32,000 nt of DNA from Mycobacterium leprae TN. Lineage in GTDB: Bacteria > Actinomycetota > Actinomycetes > Mycobacteriales > Mycobacteriaceae. Numbering within the stretch: position 1 is the first letter of the stretch; each line of letters starts with the position of its first letter. Below, in pieces: positions 9,960 to 23,865 of this stretch. Both the position numbers and the translations under genes were made by a program. Where the stretch lies: positions 660,001-692,000 of the forward strand of contig NC_002677.1 in the NCBI RefSeq assembly GCF_000195855.1, written 5' to 3'. The notes beneath the pieces were generated by a model. That model was not told the DNA's origin. It saw nothing but the letters and a program-made list of their open reading frames with translations, and ran no database searches.

Positions 9960-11358
9960 CTTCGGTTCAGGACAAATCACACCGAATTTAGCTAGATTGT
10001 AAACTAATCCGGCAGCAAAACCTAGGACGGTGACCCCGCAGCCGACCTCTGGTCCTGGCGCGTGACGTTGCGTTCGAGGTACTTCGAGTGGTCAGTGAGC
10101 GCTATACGTATGCGAACTTTGCGCTGTCCGCACTGCTGTGGCAATGTGGTACTAGCGGCTGTGACGCGGCGTTCGCCACCGAGTTGGCTTGCGGTGCGTG
10201 CCGAACCCGAGGTTGGTTTGACGCGGTCATCGTTGTAGCAGAAGGACTTTCGCTGCAAGCGATTAATCCAGTGTTACTCGACCTATTCCGACTGGGTGCC
10301 TACCAGTTGCTGCGCACCCGCGTTGAGGCATACGCCGCAATGTCCACCACAGTCGAACAGGAACGAATCGAATTTGACTTGTCGCGAGCGGTTTTCGTCA
10401 AAATCGTGTTGTGTACTCGCGCCAAGCGAGACGAGCGCTCCTGAGTGGACTAGCTGGCTCCCGACCCATCAAGCGATCCGATCGGGTACACGGCCTTCGT
10501 CCATGCCCATCCCAGTTGGATTGCCCAGGCCTTCGCGGATGCTCTGGGCTCGGCGGCTACAGAGCTCGATGCGATACGTGCCAGCGACGACGAACGACTC
10601 TAGGTGCACTTGGGGGCCCACCTGGGAATGCTGAGCGCCGCAGAACTAGCCGACATGGTGCACGGCACCGTCGGGCGGTACTCGCCGTATACGGTGTACT
10701 TATCTGGTGGCGACCCCGAACAGTTGGCGTCGGCGTGCGACGGTGCAGCCCTGGTCCAGGATGAGGGAAGTCAGTTGGTAGCCCGCGCACTAACCGTGGT
10801 ACCGGTCGACGGTGACATTGGCCTATGGCTGGATTTGTGTGCCGGGCCGGGTGGCAAGACCGCGCTGGGTGACGACTGCGGTGCTCGGGTCACCGCGGTC
10901 AAGCCGGCGCCGCGCTGATCTGGTGGTGGACAACACCCGCGGGTTGCCGGTAAACGTGTTGCGTGTCGACGGGCGCCAGTCCGGCCTCGACCCGGGCTTG
11001 ACCGGGTGCTCATCGATGTGCTCTGCATCGGATTAGGCGCATTGCGCCGTAGGCCCGAGGCACGCTGGCGCCATCAGCCCAGTTACGTGCCAGCGTTAGC
11101 AAAGTTGCAGTGCGAGTTTTTGAACGCTGCGATAGCGCTGACTCGACCGGATGGCGTGCTGCTTTATTCGACGTGTTCGCCTCACCTGGCCGAGATGGTA
11201 GGAGTGGTAGCCAACGCGTTGCATCGTAATCTGTTGTGCGTGTTGGACACTCGATAGTTGTTTGAGCTGATCGTCGAGGGTCTGGGAGCTGGTCCGTATG
11301 TGCAGCTTTGGCCGCACCGGCACGGCACTGACGCCATGTTCGCAGCTGTACTGTGCCG
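9956..11358 (+). pseudogene. fmu: 16S rRNA m5C methyltransferase (RsmB/Fmu) pseudogene
   Basis: Starts with an ATG overlapping the fmt stop. Fragments: 'AFATELACGACRTRG..DAVIVVAEGLSLQAINPVLLDLFRLGAYQLLRTRVEAYAAMSTTVEQERIEFD', 'VQDEGSQLVARALTVVPVDGDIGLWLDLCAGPGGKTA', 'GALRRRPEARWRHQPSYVPALAKLQ', 'ALTRPDGVLLYSTCSPHLAE', ending at TGA 11356-11358. Several frameshifts. Confidence 0.92.
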
Positions 11359-11400
11359 CCTGCTGTGATCCGCGTAGCGGGGTTCAGTAGTCTGCGGCTC

Positions 11401-12090
11401 ATGCCTGGCAACAACATGGGACCCCTGATCGCCCCGTCGATCCTGGCCGCTGATTTCGCCCGGCTCACCGACGAAGCCGCCGTTGTGGCCAGCGCTGATT
11501 GGTTGCATGTCGATGTGATGGACGGCCACTTCGTGCCAAACCTGACTATCGGACTGCCGGTGGTGCAGAGTCTGCTAGCTGCCAGCGACATCCCGATGGA
11601 TTGTCATCTAATGATCGACAACCCAGACAGGTGGGCACCGCCGTACGCCGAAGCCGGCGCCTATAACGTCACCTTTCACGCTGAGGCTACCGACAATCCG
11701 GTAGGAGTAGCCCACGACATCCGGACCGCTGGCGCTAAAGCGGGGATCGGAGTTAAGCCTGGGACACCGCTGAATCCCTACTTGGACATCCTGCCGCACT
11801 TCGACACCCTGCTCATCATGTCGGTGGAACCTGGCTTCGGAGGCCAGGCATTTATCCCCGAAGTGCTGAGTAAGGTGCGTACAGTACGCAAGATGGTTGA
11901 TGCGGGTGAGTTGACGATCCTGGTCGAGATCGATGGCGGCATCAATGCGGACACTATTGAGCAAGCTGCCGAAGCCGGTGTGGACTGTTTCGTCGCTGGA
12001 TCGGCCGTCTATGGCGCAGCCGACCCCAGTGCCGCGGTAGCTGCTTTACGGCGACGGGCTGGTGCCGTGTCGCCGCATCTACGCCGGTGA
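11401..12090 (+). CDS. rpe: Ribulose-phosphate 3-epimerase
   Basis: '[14 protein letters not shown]...[22 protein letters not shown]...[20 protein letters not shown]...VEIDGGIN...AGSAVYG'. ATG at 11401. Confidence 0.96.
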   Translation: MPGNNMGPLIAPSILAADFARLTDEAAVVASADWLHVDVMDGHFVPNLTIGLPVVQSLLAASDIPMDCHLMIDNPDRWAPPYAEAGAYNVTFHAEATDNPVGVAHDIRTAGAKAGIGVKPGTPLNPYLDILPHFDTLLIMSVEPGFGGQAFIPEVLSKVRTVRKMVDAGELTILVEIDGGINADTIEQAAEAGVDCFVAGSAVYGAADPSAAVAALRRRAGAVSPHLRR

Positions 12091-13106
12091 ACGTTCAAAC
12101 GGTCGACAGCCTCGATGCCGCCATGCGGCTGGCTGTTGAACAGTCTTACCTGGTCAAGGGCGCCACCTATCCGAATCCACCGGTGGGTGCGGTTATTGTG
12201 GATCCCGATGGGCGGGTTGTTGGCGTGGGCGCCACCGAGCCGGCCGGCGGCGACCATGCTGAAGTGGTGGCGCTGCGCAGCGCCGGCGTTACAGCGGCCG
12301 GTGCCATTGCAGTGGTCACCCTTGAGCCGTGCAACCACTACGGCAAGACTCCGCCATGCGTGAACGCGCTGCTGGAGGCCAAAGTGGATAAGGTAGCATA
12401 TGCCATCGCCGATCCGAACGCAAGCGCTGGTGGCGGTGCGGCTCGGTTGACGGCAGCCGGCGTGCATGTGCAGTCTGGGGTATTGGCCGATCTGGTGACC
12501 GCCGGACCGCTGCGGGAGTGGCTGCACAAACAGCGGACCGGGCTGCCTCACGTGACGTGGAAGTATGCCAGCAGCATAGATGGTCGTAGCGCTGCTGCCG
12601 ATGGCTCGAGTCGGTGGCTCTCTAGCGAAGCCTCGCGCGCAGACCTACATCGTCGCCGCGCCACAGCTGACGCCATTGTGGTTGGCACCGGCACCGTCCT
12701 GGCCGATAACCCGACCCTGACGGCCCGCCTAGCCAATGGTGCGCTGGCTGACCGGCAACCGTTGCGGGTGGTGGTGGGCATGCGGGAAATACCGCTAGAA
12801 GCGAACGTTCTCAACGACGATTCACCTACTATGGTGATTCGTACCCACGATCCCATGGAGGTCCTCAAGGCGCTTGCAGATCGGACAGACGTGCTGCTGG
12901 AGGGGGGGCCTACCCTGGCCGGAGCCTTTCTGCGGGCTGGGACGATCAACCGGATCCTGGCCTACGTCGCGCCGATCTTGCTGGGCGGCCCCGTCACTGC
13001 AGTCGACGACGTGGGGGTTCCCAACATTGCGCGGGCGCTACGTTGGCAGTTCGACGGCATCGACCGGGCTGGCTCGGATTTAGTGATTAGTCTGGTGACG
13101 CGTTAG
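12087..13106 (+). CDS. ribG: Bifunctional riboflavin-specific deaminase/reductase (GTG start, 4-nt overlap with rpe)
   Basis: '[19 protein letters not shown]...[10 protein letters not shown]...[15 protein letters not shown]' zinc-deaminase motif, plus a reductase domain with '[20 protein letters not shown]...[14 protein letters not shown]'. Confidence 0.95.
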   Translation: MNVQTVDSLDAAMRLAVEQSYLVKGATYPNPPVGAVIVDPDGRVVGVGATEPAGGDHAEVVALRSAGVTAAGAIAVVTLEPCNHYGKTPPCVNALLEAKVDKVAYAIADPNASAGGGAARLTAAGVHVQSGVLADLVTAGPLREWLHKQRTGLPHVTWKYASSIDGRSAAADGSSRWLSSEASRADLHRRRATADAIVVGTGTVLADNPTLTARLANGALADRQPLRVVVGMREIPLEANVLNDDSPTMVIRTHDPMEVLKALADRTDVLLEGGPTLAGAFLRAGTINRILAYVAPILLGGPVTAVDDVGVPNIARALRWQFDGIDRAGSDLVISLVTR

Positions 13107-13149
13107 CGCGTAGCCGTTACGGTGTTGGCATTGGGTCTTTTGTGGTCCG

Positions 13150-14679
13150 CTACTCGGGGACTTTTGGCTCGCTCGCGTGTTCTTTGCGGCTGCTGATCAG
13201 CAGACCCAGCAGTGCTCCGATGACACACACGATGGCGGTGATCATGAATATGTCGCTGTACATCATCGTGTATGCACGTTTGGCCTGGTCGGCTACCGCA
13301 GCCGCGCGTTCAATCAGGGTGGCATCGGGCGGGACCGCCGTAGACAACCCCGCAAGGATCTGGTTGAACCGGTACAACCCCCAGGCGGTCAGTGCGGCTA
13401 CTCCGATCAACATGCCGGTCATCCTGGCGACCACCACTGCCGCTGAGGCGATGCCGTGCTGCGCCGTCGGGACAACTCGCAGGGTAGCCGAAGACAGTGG
13501 ACCGATCACCAGGCCAAGTCCCAGGCCGGCCACCAACAGGTCGGCGTACATCGTGGGCACACTGAACAGCCCGAAGATGCTGCGCCGGTAGTTCAACAAG
13601 TCGACTGGCCAATGTGAGATCAGCCAATAGCCGCCCGCAGTGATGAGCAGCCCGACGAAGGTCATCGTGCGGTCACCAGCCTTGGTGGCGCCCCACCCGC
13701 CCAACACCGCCCCGATCGGCAGCGCGATCAGAAACCACACCAGCAGCCCGGCTGCTTGGGTTTGGTCCATTCCCAACACGCCCTGGCCGAACAGCTCCAC
13801 ATTGACCAGTGTCACCATTAGCGCCGCGCCCGCAGCGACCGATGCGCCCAGTGCGGACAGGAACGGTCGGATGTGCACACCGGCAGGGTCGATCAGCCGG
13901 GTGCGTGCGCAGCGCTCCCAGACCGCGAATGCCACCGTGGCGACGATCCCCCCGACCAGTACGGGCACCCCATAGCTCGGCAGCACCTGTTTGCTGTCGG
14001 GTTGGGGATTGTATAGTCCGATGACCACCAGGCCCAGCGCGATGGCCAACAGCACACCGCCGACCACGTCGACCTTTTCCAGCTCGTCACCGCGGTCGTG
14101 CGCTGACAGGCTGACTTGGATCATCAGCATGGCGATCGCGGTCAGCGGGATGTTGATCCAGAACACGTATCGCCAATCGCTGAATAGCCAAACGATGAAG
14201 ATGCCGTACAGCGGACCCAGCACACTGCCGAGCTCCTGCGCGGCGCCAATGCCACCGAGCACGCCAGCGCGGTTGCGCTGCGCCCACAGGTCGGCGCCCA
14301 GTGCAAGGGTGATCGGTAGCAGCGCGCCGCTGGCGACCCCCTGGATGGTGCGGCCTGCGATCAGCATATGAAAGTCGCCAAATTGTCCGGCTAGTGCGGT
14401 CATCACTGACCCGATGGCGAATCCGGCCAAGCTGACCTGCAACAGCAACTTGCGGCCAAATCGGTCGGAAGCTCGGCTCAGCAGCGGCATTGCGGCGATG
14501 TAGCCCAGCAGATACATCGTGACGATCCAGGTGATCCGCTGCATCTGGTTTACCGGGATGCCAACGTCGTGCATGATGTCGCGCATGATGGTGACCACGA
14601 CATAGGTGTCCAGAGCCCCCAGCAGTACTGCGAGGCTGCCGGCGCTGATCGCAACTCGGCGTCCCGCCCGCGTGCTCAT
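13150..14679 (-). CDS. Major-facilitator drug efflux protein, P55 (Rv1410c)-like
   Basis: 509-aa 14-TM-type MFS: '[72 protein letters not shown]'. Adjacent to lprG with a 1-nt overlap. Confidence 0.93.
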   Translation of the reverse strand: MSTRAGRRVAISAGSLAVLLGALDTYVVVTIMRDIMHDVGIPVNQMQRITWIVTMYLLGYIAAMPLLSRASDRFGRKLLLQVSLAGFAIGSVMTALAGQFGDFHMLIAGRTIQGVASGALLPITLALGADLWAQRNRAGVLGGIGAAQELGSVLGPLYGIFIVWLFSDWRYVFWINIPLTAIAMLMIQVSLSAHDRGDELEKVDVVGGVLLAIALGLVVIGLYNPQPDSKQVLPSYGVPVLVGGIVATVAFAVWERCARTRLIDPAGVHIRPFLSALGASVAAGAALMVTLVNVELFGQGVLGMDQTQAAGLLVWFLIALPIGAVLGGWGATKAGDRTMTFVGLLITAGGYWLISHWPVDLLNYRRSIFGLFSVPTMYADLLVAGLGLGLVIGPLSSATLRVVPTAQHGIASAAVVVARMTGMLIGVAALTAWGLYRFNQILAGLSTAVPPDATLIERAAAVADQAKRAYTMMYSDIFMITAIVCVIGALLGLLISSRKEHASEPKVPE

Positions 14680-15404
14680 CAGCTCACCTGGGGCTTGGTT
14701 ACCTGTACCGGCTCATCCCAATTCGACAGTGTCATCTGGACGGAATTGCCCGAACTCTTATTGTCTATCCTGATCTGCGCTAGCTGGTGATCACCTGTTT
14801 CTTGAATCCAGACGGTGGCCGGCATGGGCTGCGTGGCGTTGAACGGCGGCGCGATCTTGTTAACGGCATCTGCGGAGACGTTTCCACTGATGCGTACGGC
14901 GCTCTGACCGTTGATGCTGTCGCGGCCCTCGGTCTTGGCGCCGGTAAAATTCGCCAGCACGTTGGCTAGACCGGCGTCCGGATTGAGGATGGACGCGACA
15001 TCGTAAATGTCGGAGGCCTTACCGAAATCACTCCATTTGCTCGGCGTCAGGGTAGCATATAGCTCTCCGTCGACAACTACGAAGTTGGCATTGAGATCGG
15101 CCCCGTCAAGTGTGATCGTGGCGTTTCCCGACGCGACGGTGTTCGGGTGCGTGGTTAAGTCACCCGTCAGCGTCTTTACGGGCAGTCCGGTGATTTTGCC
15201 ATTCACTGACAATACCAGGTGTGCGCTCGTGACGTTCTTGGTGATGTCAGTGGCCTGTTTGACCCAAGTCGTCGCGTCGGGCAGTGGTCCGCTGCTCAGG
15301 TTGGAGCCTGATGAGCAGCCGGCGATCACGGCGGTGGCGGTATTCAGTGTGGCGAGGACGGCGAAGAGCCGGCGATGATGTTTAGGGGCTTGCATACCCT
15401 GCAT
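14679..15404 (-). CDS. lprG: Lipoprotein LprG
   Basis: N-terminal signal with lipobox '[11 protein letters not shown]'; LppX/LprG-family body '[51 protein letters not shown]...'. Confidence 0.94.
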   Translation of the reverse strand: MQGMQAPKHHRRLFAVLATLNTATAVIAGCSSGSNLSSGPLPDATTWVKQATDITKNVTSAHLVLSVNGKITGLPVKTLTGDLTTHPNTVASGNATITLDGADLNANFVVVDGELYATLTPSKWSDFGKASDIYDVASILNPDAGLANVLANFTGAKTEGRDSINGQSAVRISGNVSADAVNKIAPPFNATQPMPATVWIQETGDHQLAQIRIDNKSSGNSVQMTLSNWDEPVQVTKPQVS

Positions 15405-15551
15405 CGTAGAGGGTGACAGTGACCGATTCGGAAAGCACGGGGAGTGTTATTAGAGTGTTAAGGGGGTGAACACGGAGCGGCGACGCTGCTTGACAACGGC
15501 GTTTGCCGTGCCTGACAGGGGTCGAGCGGACGGCCAAACTAGTCTTGTCCC

Positions 15552-16175
15552 ATGTTCACCGGAATTGTTGAGGAACTCGGAGAGGTGGTCGGTCGGGACG
15601 CCCATGCCGATGCGGCGCGCCTAATCATTCGCGGTCGCACGGTCACCGCCGACGCTGGCCATGGCGATTCGATCGCGGTTAACGGCGTGTGCCTTACAGT
15701 GGTGGAGGTGCTGCCCGACGGCCAATTCAGTGCTGATGTGATGGCAGAAACGCTCCATCGCTCCAACTTGGGTGAGCTACGAGTCGGCAATCGGGTCAAC
15801 CTGGAGCGCGCTGTGGCTATTAACAGCCGGCTCGGCGGGCATATCGTGCAGGGGCATGTGGACGGCACCGGCGAGGTGGTGGCTCGCACCCTCTCAGACC
15901 ACTGGGAGGTGGTGCGGATAGAGGTGCCCCCGGCGGTGGCTCGCTATTTCGTTGAAAAGGGCTCGATCACCGTCGACGGGATTTCGCTGACGGTCTCCGG
16001 GCTCGGTGCTGAACCTCGGGACTGGTTGGAGGTTTCTTTGATCCCAACGACCCGAGAGCTGACCACCCTTGGCCGTACTCCGTTGGGAACGCAGGTGAAC
16101 CTTGAAGTGGACGTCATCGCCAAATATGTTGAGCGGCTACTCCAGAGCGTTCCTACCGGGGATTTGACTCGATAG
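15552..16175 (+). CDS. ribC: Riboflavin synthase alpha chain
   Basis: 'MFTGIVEELGEVVGRD...SIAVNGVCLTVVEV...GHIVQGHVDGTGEV...ITVDGISLTV'. Confidence 0.97.
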   Translation: MFTGIVEELGEVVGRDAHADAARLIIRGRTVTADAGHGDSIAVNGVCLTVVEVLPDGQFSADVMAETLHRSNLGELRVGNRVNLERAVAINSRLGGHIVQGHVDGTGEVVARTLSDHWEVVRIEVPPAVARYFVEKGSITVDGISLTVSGLGAEPRDWLEVSLIPTTRELTTLGRTPLGTQVNLEVDVIAKYVERLLQSVPTGDLTR

Positions 16176-16331
16176 CCTTTCCTGCAGTGGCATGAGCCGC
16201 GCAACTGTGCGGCTCATGCCACTTAATCTGCCTTGAAAAGCTGTGGCAATGACCGTGGCAGCACGGTGGTTCATACTGAATGCAGCGTGTGGGCTGCTTG
16301 TGTGGGCCCTTTTGATAGCAAGGTGGCAAAG

Positions 16332-18555
<2,224 letters not shown>

Positions 18556-18833
18556 CAAAACGGCACACTGAAACATCTGGTTAGCGACCGTCATACTCTG
18601 CCCAATGAACGGGCTCAACCAGCATCGATGATGTATCCAGCTGAACGGCCATATTGTCGATATAGTCTCGGTTCCTGCTGTCACGTTATTGACATAATTG
18701 GACATGATATCTCCGTAGGTTGGCGTATCGCAACCGGGGACTCTAGTGGGTGGCTCGAATTGGTTGTTCGAAGGTCCCTGTGAGGAGTGGATAGTTTTCC
18801 TTGATCGGACTAGCTCGACGGACACCAGCCTTT

Positions 18834-18860
18834 CTAGTGGTCCCTGTGAGCGACCACTAG
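18834..18860. repeat. Perfect inverted repeat (9-bp arms, 9-nt loop) just upstream of uvrC
   Basis: CTAGTGGTC (18834-18842) and GACCACTAG (18852-18860), separated by CCTGTGAGC. No T-tract follows. Confidence 0.85.
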
Positions 18861-18869
18861 CCTAGATGC

Positions 18870-20813
18870 GTGCCAGATCCCGCGACGTATCGCCCCGCGA
18901 CCGGATCCATCCCGGTCGAGCCTGGTGTGTACCGATTCCGGGATCCGTACGGGCGCGTCATTTACGTAGGCAAGGCCAAAAGCCTGCGTAGCCGGCTGGC
19001 ATCGTATTTTGCCGACGTCGCGAACCTGCACCCGCGGACTCGGCAAATGGTGACCATTGCAGCCAAGGTCGAGTGGACAGTGGTCAACACTGAGGTTGAG
19101 GCTCTGCAGTTGGAGTACAATTGGATCAAGGAATTCGATCCGCGCTTCAACATCCGCTACCGCGACGACAAGTCCTATCCGGTATTGGCCGTCACCCTGG
19201 GTGAGGAGTTTCCTCGACTGATGGTCTATCGCGGTCCCCGGCGCAAGGGCGTGCGCTATTTCGGACCGTACTCGCACGCGTGGGCCATTCGGGAAACGCT
19301 GGATCTGCTCACCCGGGTGTTTCCAGCACGAACCTGTTCACCTGGAGTGTTCAAGCGGCACAAGCAAATCGATCGTCCATGCCTACTTGGTTACATTGAC
19401 AAATGTGCGGCGCCGTGTGTGGGCAGGGTTGGTGCCGAGCAGCATAGTCAAATCGTGGCAGATTTTTGCGACTTCTTGTCCGGCAAGACCGATCGGTATG
19501 CCCGTGACTTGGAACGAAAAATGAGCGCAGCTGCAGAGCAACTCGATTTCGAACGAGCAGCCCGGCTTCGTGACGACCTTTTTGCACTCAAGCGGGCTAT
19601 GGAGAAACAGGCGGTGGTGTTCGGCGATGGTACTGACGCTGACGTAGTGGCATTCGCCTACGACGAACTGGAGGTGGCGGTGCAGGTGTTCCACGTTCGC
19701 GGCGGGCGGGTGCGTGGCCAGCGCGGCTGGATTGTTGAAAAGTCCGATGACCCTGGTGATACCGGGGAGGAGCAATTGGTGGAGCAATTCCTGGCACAGT
19801 TCTATGGCGAACAGGCGGAGTTAGACTTTGTTGCAGACGAATCCGCTAACCCGGTTCCCCGCGAGGTGTTGGTGCCGTGTTTACCCTCCAACGCCGACGA
19901 GTTGGCCAGTTGGCTGTCCGGTCTGCGTGGATCCCGGGTCGCGCTGCGGGTGCCACGGCGCGGCGACAAACGTGCGCTAGCTGAGACGGTGCAGCGAAAC
20001 GCGAAAGAAGAATTGCAGCAACACAAACTGAAGCGTGCCAGTGACTTTAACTCTAGATCCGCTGCGTTGCAGAATATTCAAGACACACTGGGTTTATCCT
20101 ATGCACCACTGCGAATTGAATGCGTCGATATAAGCCACGTGCAGGGCACCGACGTGGTGGGCTCTCTGGTCGTATTCGAGGACGGTTTGCCGCGCAAGTC
20201 GGACTACCGACACTTCGGGATCCGGAAAGCTGCTGGGAACGGGCGCTCTGATGATGTTGCCTCCATCGCTGAGGTGACTCGACGCCGATTCCTGCAGCAT
20301 CTTCACGATCAGAACGATACGAATCTGCTTTCTCCGGAAGGAAAATCACACCGATTTGCCTATCCGCCTAATCTGTATGTCGTTGACGGTGGCGCGCCAC
20401 AAGTCAATGCGGCCAGCACCGTGCTTGAGGAACTCGGTATCATTGATGTGGCTGTGATTGGTCTGGCCAAGCGGCTCGAAGAGGTGTGGGTGCCGTTCGA
20501 GCCGTACCCGGTCATCATGCCGCGCAACAGCGAGGCCCTGTTTCTGCTGCAGCGGGTTCGTGATGAGGCACATCGATTTGCCATCACCTACCATCGCAGC
20601 AAGCGATCCAAGCGAATGACCGCATCGGCGCTGGATTCGGTGCCGGGGTTGGGAGCGCATCGCCGCAAAGCGCTGGTTACCCACTTCGGATCTATAGCCC
20701 GCCTCAAAGATGCCACCGTAGAACAGATCACTGCCGTTCCGGGTATCGGCGTGGCAACGGCTACTGCCGTCCTCGAGGCGCTGCGACCGGATTCATCTGA
20801 GGCCTCGGAATGA
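18870..20813 (+). CDS. uvrC: Excinuclease ABC subunit C (GTG start)
   Basis: '[29 protein letters not shown]' GIY-YIG domain; '[35 protein letters not shown]'; C-terminal HhH '[19 protein letters not shown]...[10 protein letters not shown]'. Confidence 0.98.
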   Translation: MPDPATYRPATGSIPVEPGVYRFRDPYGRVIYVGKAKSLRSRLASYFADVANLHPRTRQMVTIAAKVEWTVVNTEVEALQLEYNWIKEFDPRFNIRYRDDKSYPVLAVTLGEEFPRLMVYRGPRRKGVRYFGPYSHAWAIRETLDLLTRVFPARTCSPGVFKRHKQIDRPCLLGYIDKCAAPCVGRVGAEQHSQIVADFCDFLSGKTDRYARDLERKMSAAAEQLDFERAARLRDDLFALKRAMEKQAVVFGDGTDADVVAFAYDELEVAVQVFHVRGGRVRGQRGWIVEKSDDPGDTGEEQLVEQFLAQFYGEQAELDFVADESANPVPREVLVPCLPSNADELASWLSGLRGSRVALRVPRRGDKRALAETVQRNAKEELQQHKLKRASDFNSRSAALQNIQDTLGLSYAPLRIECVDISHVQGTDVVGSLVVFEDGLPRKSDYRHFGIRKAAGNGRSDDVASIAEVTRRRFLQHLHDQNDTNLLSPEGKSHRFAYPPNLYVVDGGAPQVNAASTVLEELGIIDVAVIGLAKRLEEVWVPFEPYPVIMPRNSEALFLLQRVRDEAHRFAITYHRSKRSKRMTASALDSVPGLGAHRRKALVTHFGSIARLKDATVEQITAVPGIGVATATAVLEALRPDSSEASE

Positions 20814-21706
20814 GTGGGAACAACCACCCGGGAGACGCCTCGGCCGAAATCGACGTCGTTCTGGTGACCGGGTTGTCCGGGGCCGGGCGCGGCACCGCGG
20901 CCAAGGTGCTAGAGGACCTTGGCTGGTATGTCGCTGACAACCTCCCGCCTCAGCTGATCACCTGGATGGTGGATTTCGGGTTGGCGGCCGGATCGCGGAT
21001 CACCCAGCTGGCGGTGGTGATGGATGTGCGATCACGTGGCTTCACCGGCGATCTGGACTCGGTGCGCCGCGAACTCGCCACCCGCAACATCATTCCGCGT
21101 GTGGTGTTCATGGAAGCATCTGACGACATGTTGGTGCGCCGCTACGAACAGAATCGACGCAGCCATCCACTGCAGGGCGAGCAGACGTTGGCCGAGGGCA
21201 TTGCCGCTGAGCGTAGGATGTTGGCTCCGGTTCGTGCTACGGCCGACTTGATTATCGACACATCGGCGTTGTCCGTGCCCGGCTTGCGGGAAAGCATCGA
21301 GCGTGCGTTCGGCGGTGATGCCAGCGCGACTACCAGCGTCACTGTGGAGTCCTTCGGCTTCAAGTACGGCCTGCCGATGGACGCCGACATCGTCATGGAT
21401 GTGCGGTTCCTGCCGAATCCGCATTGGGTCGACGAGTTACGTTCACTCACTGGCCAGCATTCGGCGGTGCGCGACTATGTGCTGGGCCAGCCCGGCGCGG
21501 CTGAGTTTCTGCGGACTTATCGTCGATTGCTTTCTCTGGTTGTCGACGGCTACCGACGGGAGGGGAAGCGCTATATGACAGTCGCTATAGGTTGCACCGG
21601 TGGCAAACATCGCAGCGTGGCGATCGCGGAAGCATTAATGGGACTGCTACAGTCGGATCTGCAATTGTCGGTGCGGGTGCTGCACCGGGATCTGGGTCGC
21701 GAATGA
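20810..21706 (+). CDS. rapZ: RapZ/YvcJ-family nucleotide-binding protein (Rv1421-like)
   Basis: '[35 protein letters not shown]' P-loop; '[16 protein letters not shown]'; '[22 protein letters not shown]'. Confidence 0.96.
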   Translation: MSGNNHPGDASAEIDVVLVTGLSGAGRGTAAKVLEDLGWYVADNLPPQLITWMVDFGLAAGSRITQLAVVMDVRSRGFTGDLDSVRRELATRNIIPRVVFMEASDDMLVRRYEQNRRSHPLQGEQTLAEGIAAERRMLAPVRATADLIIDTSALSVPGLRESIERAFGGDASATTSVTVESFGFKYGLPMDADIVMDVRFLPNPHWVDELRSLTGQHSAVRDYVLGQPGAAEFLRTYRRLLSLVVDGYRREGKRYMTVAIGCTGGKHRSVAIAEALMGLLQSDLQLSVRVLHRDLGRE

Positions 21707-22782
21707 TCTCGCCTGGAAGTCCTCCAAGCATCGTTGCACTGGGTGGTGGGCACGGTCTGTACGTGACGCTGTCGGCAGCCCGTCGGCTTACCCCCTACGT
21801 CACAGCGATCGTGACGGTGGCTGATGACGGAGGCTCCTCGGGCCGGCTGCGCAGTGAATTGGGTGTGGTGCCACCGGGTGATTTGCGAATGGCCTTGGCG
21901 GCGTTGGCATCCGACAGCCCGTATGGACGACTGTGGGCAACCATCCTGCAGCACCGCTTCGGCGGCAGCGGTGCTCTGGCCGGACATCCGATCGGCAATT
22001 TGATGCTGGCTGGCCTCAGTGAGGTGCTGGCCGATCCGGTCGCTGCACTCGATGAGGTTGGACGCATCCTCGGGGTCAAAGGCAGGGTGCTGCCGATGTG
22101 TCCGATCGCGCTGCAGATAGAAGCCGACGTCTCCGGTCTGGAGGCCGACCCACGGATATTCCGGCTGATCCGTGGCCAGGTGGCGATCGCGTCCACACCG
22201 GGCAAGGTGCGGCGGGTGCGGTTGCTTCCGGTAGATCCGCCTGCGACCAGGCAGGCTGTTGACGCTATCATGGCTGCCAACTTAGTGGTGCTAGGGCCGG
22301 GGTCGTGGTTCACTAGCGTGATTCCGCATGTCCTGGTACCTGGGCTTGTCACGGCGTTGCGGGCCACCACCGCCCGACGAGCGCTGGTGCTCAACTTGGC
22401 GGCAGGGCCGGGGGAGACGGCGGGATTTTCCGTGGAGCGTCACCTGCACGTGCTTGCTCAACACGCGCCCGGGTTCACCGTCCACGACATCATCATCGAC
22501 GCCGACCGAGTGCCGAATAACCGGGAACGGGAGCAGCTACGCCGCGCCGCGACATTGCTGCAGGCCGAGGTTCACTTCGTCGACGTGGCCAGACCTGGTA
22601 CATCTTTACATGACCCGGGCAAGCTGGCTACAGCCCTGGACGGGGTGCGGGTGGGTAACCAGGACTCGTCAGCGCCTACGGTGGCGGCCACCGAACAGAT
22701 ACGGCTTGATGGTAAACGTCCACAGACCGGGGTGAATGGACCGGTTGGCAAGGGACCAAGGGGTGACGACGCGTGGCGATGA
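21703..22782 (+). CDS. YvcK/CuvA-family (CofD-like) protein (Rv1422-like)
   Basis: ATG at 21703 gives '[54 protein letters not shown]...[12 protein letters not shown]'. The ATG at 21592 given by the ORF track would overlap rapZ by 115 nt. Confidence 0.93.
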   Translation: MISPGSPPSIVALGGGHGLYVTLSAARRLTPYVTAIVTVADDGGSSGRLRSELGVVPPGDLRMALAALASDSPYGRLWATILQHRFGGSGALAGHPIGNLMLAGLSEVLADPVAALDEVGRILGVKGRVLPMCPIALQIEADVSGLEADPRIFRLIRGQVAIASTPGKVRRVRLLPVDPPATRQAVDAIMAANLVVLGPGSWFTSVIPHVLVPGLVTALRATTARRALVLNLAAGPGETAGFSVERHLHVLAQHAPGFTVHDIIIDADRVPNNREREQLRRAATLLQAEVHFVDVARPGTSLHDPGKLATALDGVRVGNQDSSAPTVAATEQIRLDGKRPQTGVNGPVGKGPRGDDAWR

Positions 22783-23756
22783 CGATCGAAGTCAAGGACG
22801 AATTGAGCCGCCTGGCGGTGAAATCGATCAGCGCTCGTCGTGCGGAAGTCACGTCTCTGCTGAGGTTTGCTGGAGGGTTGCACATCGTCGGTGGTCGTGT
22901 GGTGATCGAAGCTGAGGTTGACCTGGAAAATATCGCGCGCCGGCTGCGCAAGGACATTTTTGACCTGTACGGTTACAATGCTGTTGTACATGTCTTGTCG
23001 GCCAGCGGGATTCGCAAGAGTGTTCGGTATGTGCTGCGGGTGGCTAACGACGGTGAGGCACTGGCACGTCAGACTGGTCTTCTTGACATGCGTGGTCGCC
23101 CGGTACGCGGTTTGCCGGCACAGGTCGTGGGCGGCAGTCTTATCGATGCTGAAGCTGTGTGGCGAGGGGCGTTTTTGGCGCATGGATCACTGACTGAACC
23201 GGGACGTTCGTCGGCATTGGAGGTCAGCTGCCCTGGTCTGGAGGCCGCGCTGGCGCTGGTGGGTGCGGCGCGTAAGCTAGGAGTGAATGCTAAAGCACGC
23301 GAGGTGCGTGGCGCCGATCGTGTGGTGGTGCGCGACGGTGAGGCGATCGGCGTGCTGCTGACTCGAATGGGCGCCCAGGACACCCGGCTGGTCTGGGAGG
23401 AACGTCGGATGCGTCGCGAAGTCCGGGCGACGGCCAACCGGCTCGCCAATTTTGACGACGCCAATCTACGCCGTTCGGCGCGTGCTGCAATCGCGGCGGC
23501 CGCCAGAGCGGAGCGGGCGTTGGAGATACTCGGGGATACGGTGCCCGATCATCTGGCCTCGGCAGGTAAACTTCGCGTCGAATATCGACAAGCTTCGCTG
23601 GAGGAACTGGGTCGACTCGCCGACCCGCCGATGACGAAAGACGCTGTGGCAGGACGTATTCGGCGGTTATTGTCGATGGCTGATCGCAAAGCGAAGGTCG
23701 AAGGTATCCCCGACACCGAGTCCGCGGTCACGCCGGACTTGTTGGAGGACGCTTAA
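22779..23756 (+). CDS. whiA: WhiA sporulation/cell-division regulator homologue (start ATG 22779; alternative GTG 22773)
   Basis: '[35 protein letters not shown]...[13 protein letters not shown]...[18 protein letters not shown]'. Confidence 0.95.
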   Translation: MTIEVKDELSRLAVKSISARRAEVTSLLRFAGGLHIVGGRVVIEAEVDLENIARRLRKDIFDLYGYNAVVHVLSASGIRKSVRYVLRVANDGEALARQTGLLDMRGRPVRGLPAQVVGGSLIDAEAVWRGAFLAHGSLTEPGRSSALEVSCPGLEAALALVGAARKLGVNAKAREVRGADRVVVRDGEAIGVLLTRMGAQDTRLVWEERRMRREVRATANRLANFDDANLRRSARAAIAAAARAERALEILGDTVPDHLASAGKLRVEYRQASLEELGRLADPPMTKDAVAGRIRRLLSMADRKAKVEGIPDTESAVTPDLLEDA

Positions 23757-23865
23757 GCTCAACGACCATGTGTGCCGCGCAACGGTGTGAGGAAGAGTTG
23801 GGTCGGGTTGTGTGATTGTTCGGGATAGTTCTGTGCGGCTCGCGTGCTACGGTTGTGTTCGGGGC

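Noticed and set aside
13177-14371. Plus-strand ORFs (13640-13975, 13809-14024, 13991-14371) opposite P55
   Set aside because: Low-complexity Pro/Ser/Thr/Ala-rich shadow ORFs of the MFS gene; no independent evidence.
21592-21702. N-terminal extension of the YvcK-like ORF given by the ORF track
   Set aside because: It would overlap rapZ by 115 nt. The ATG at 21703 overlaps the rapZ stop as ATGA and begins the conserved GGGHG region.
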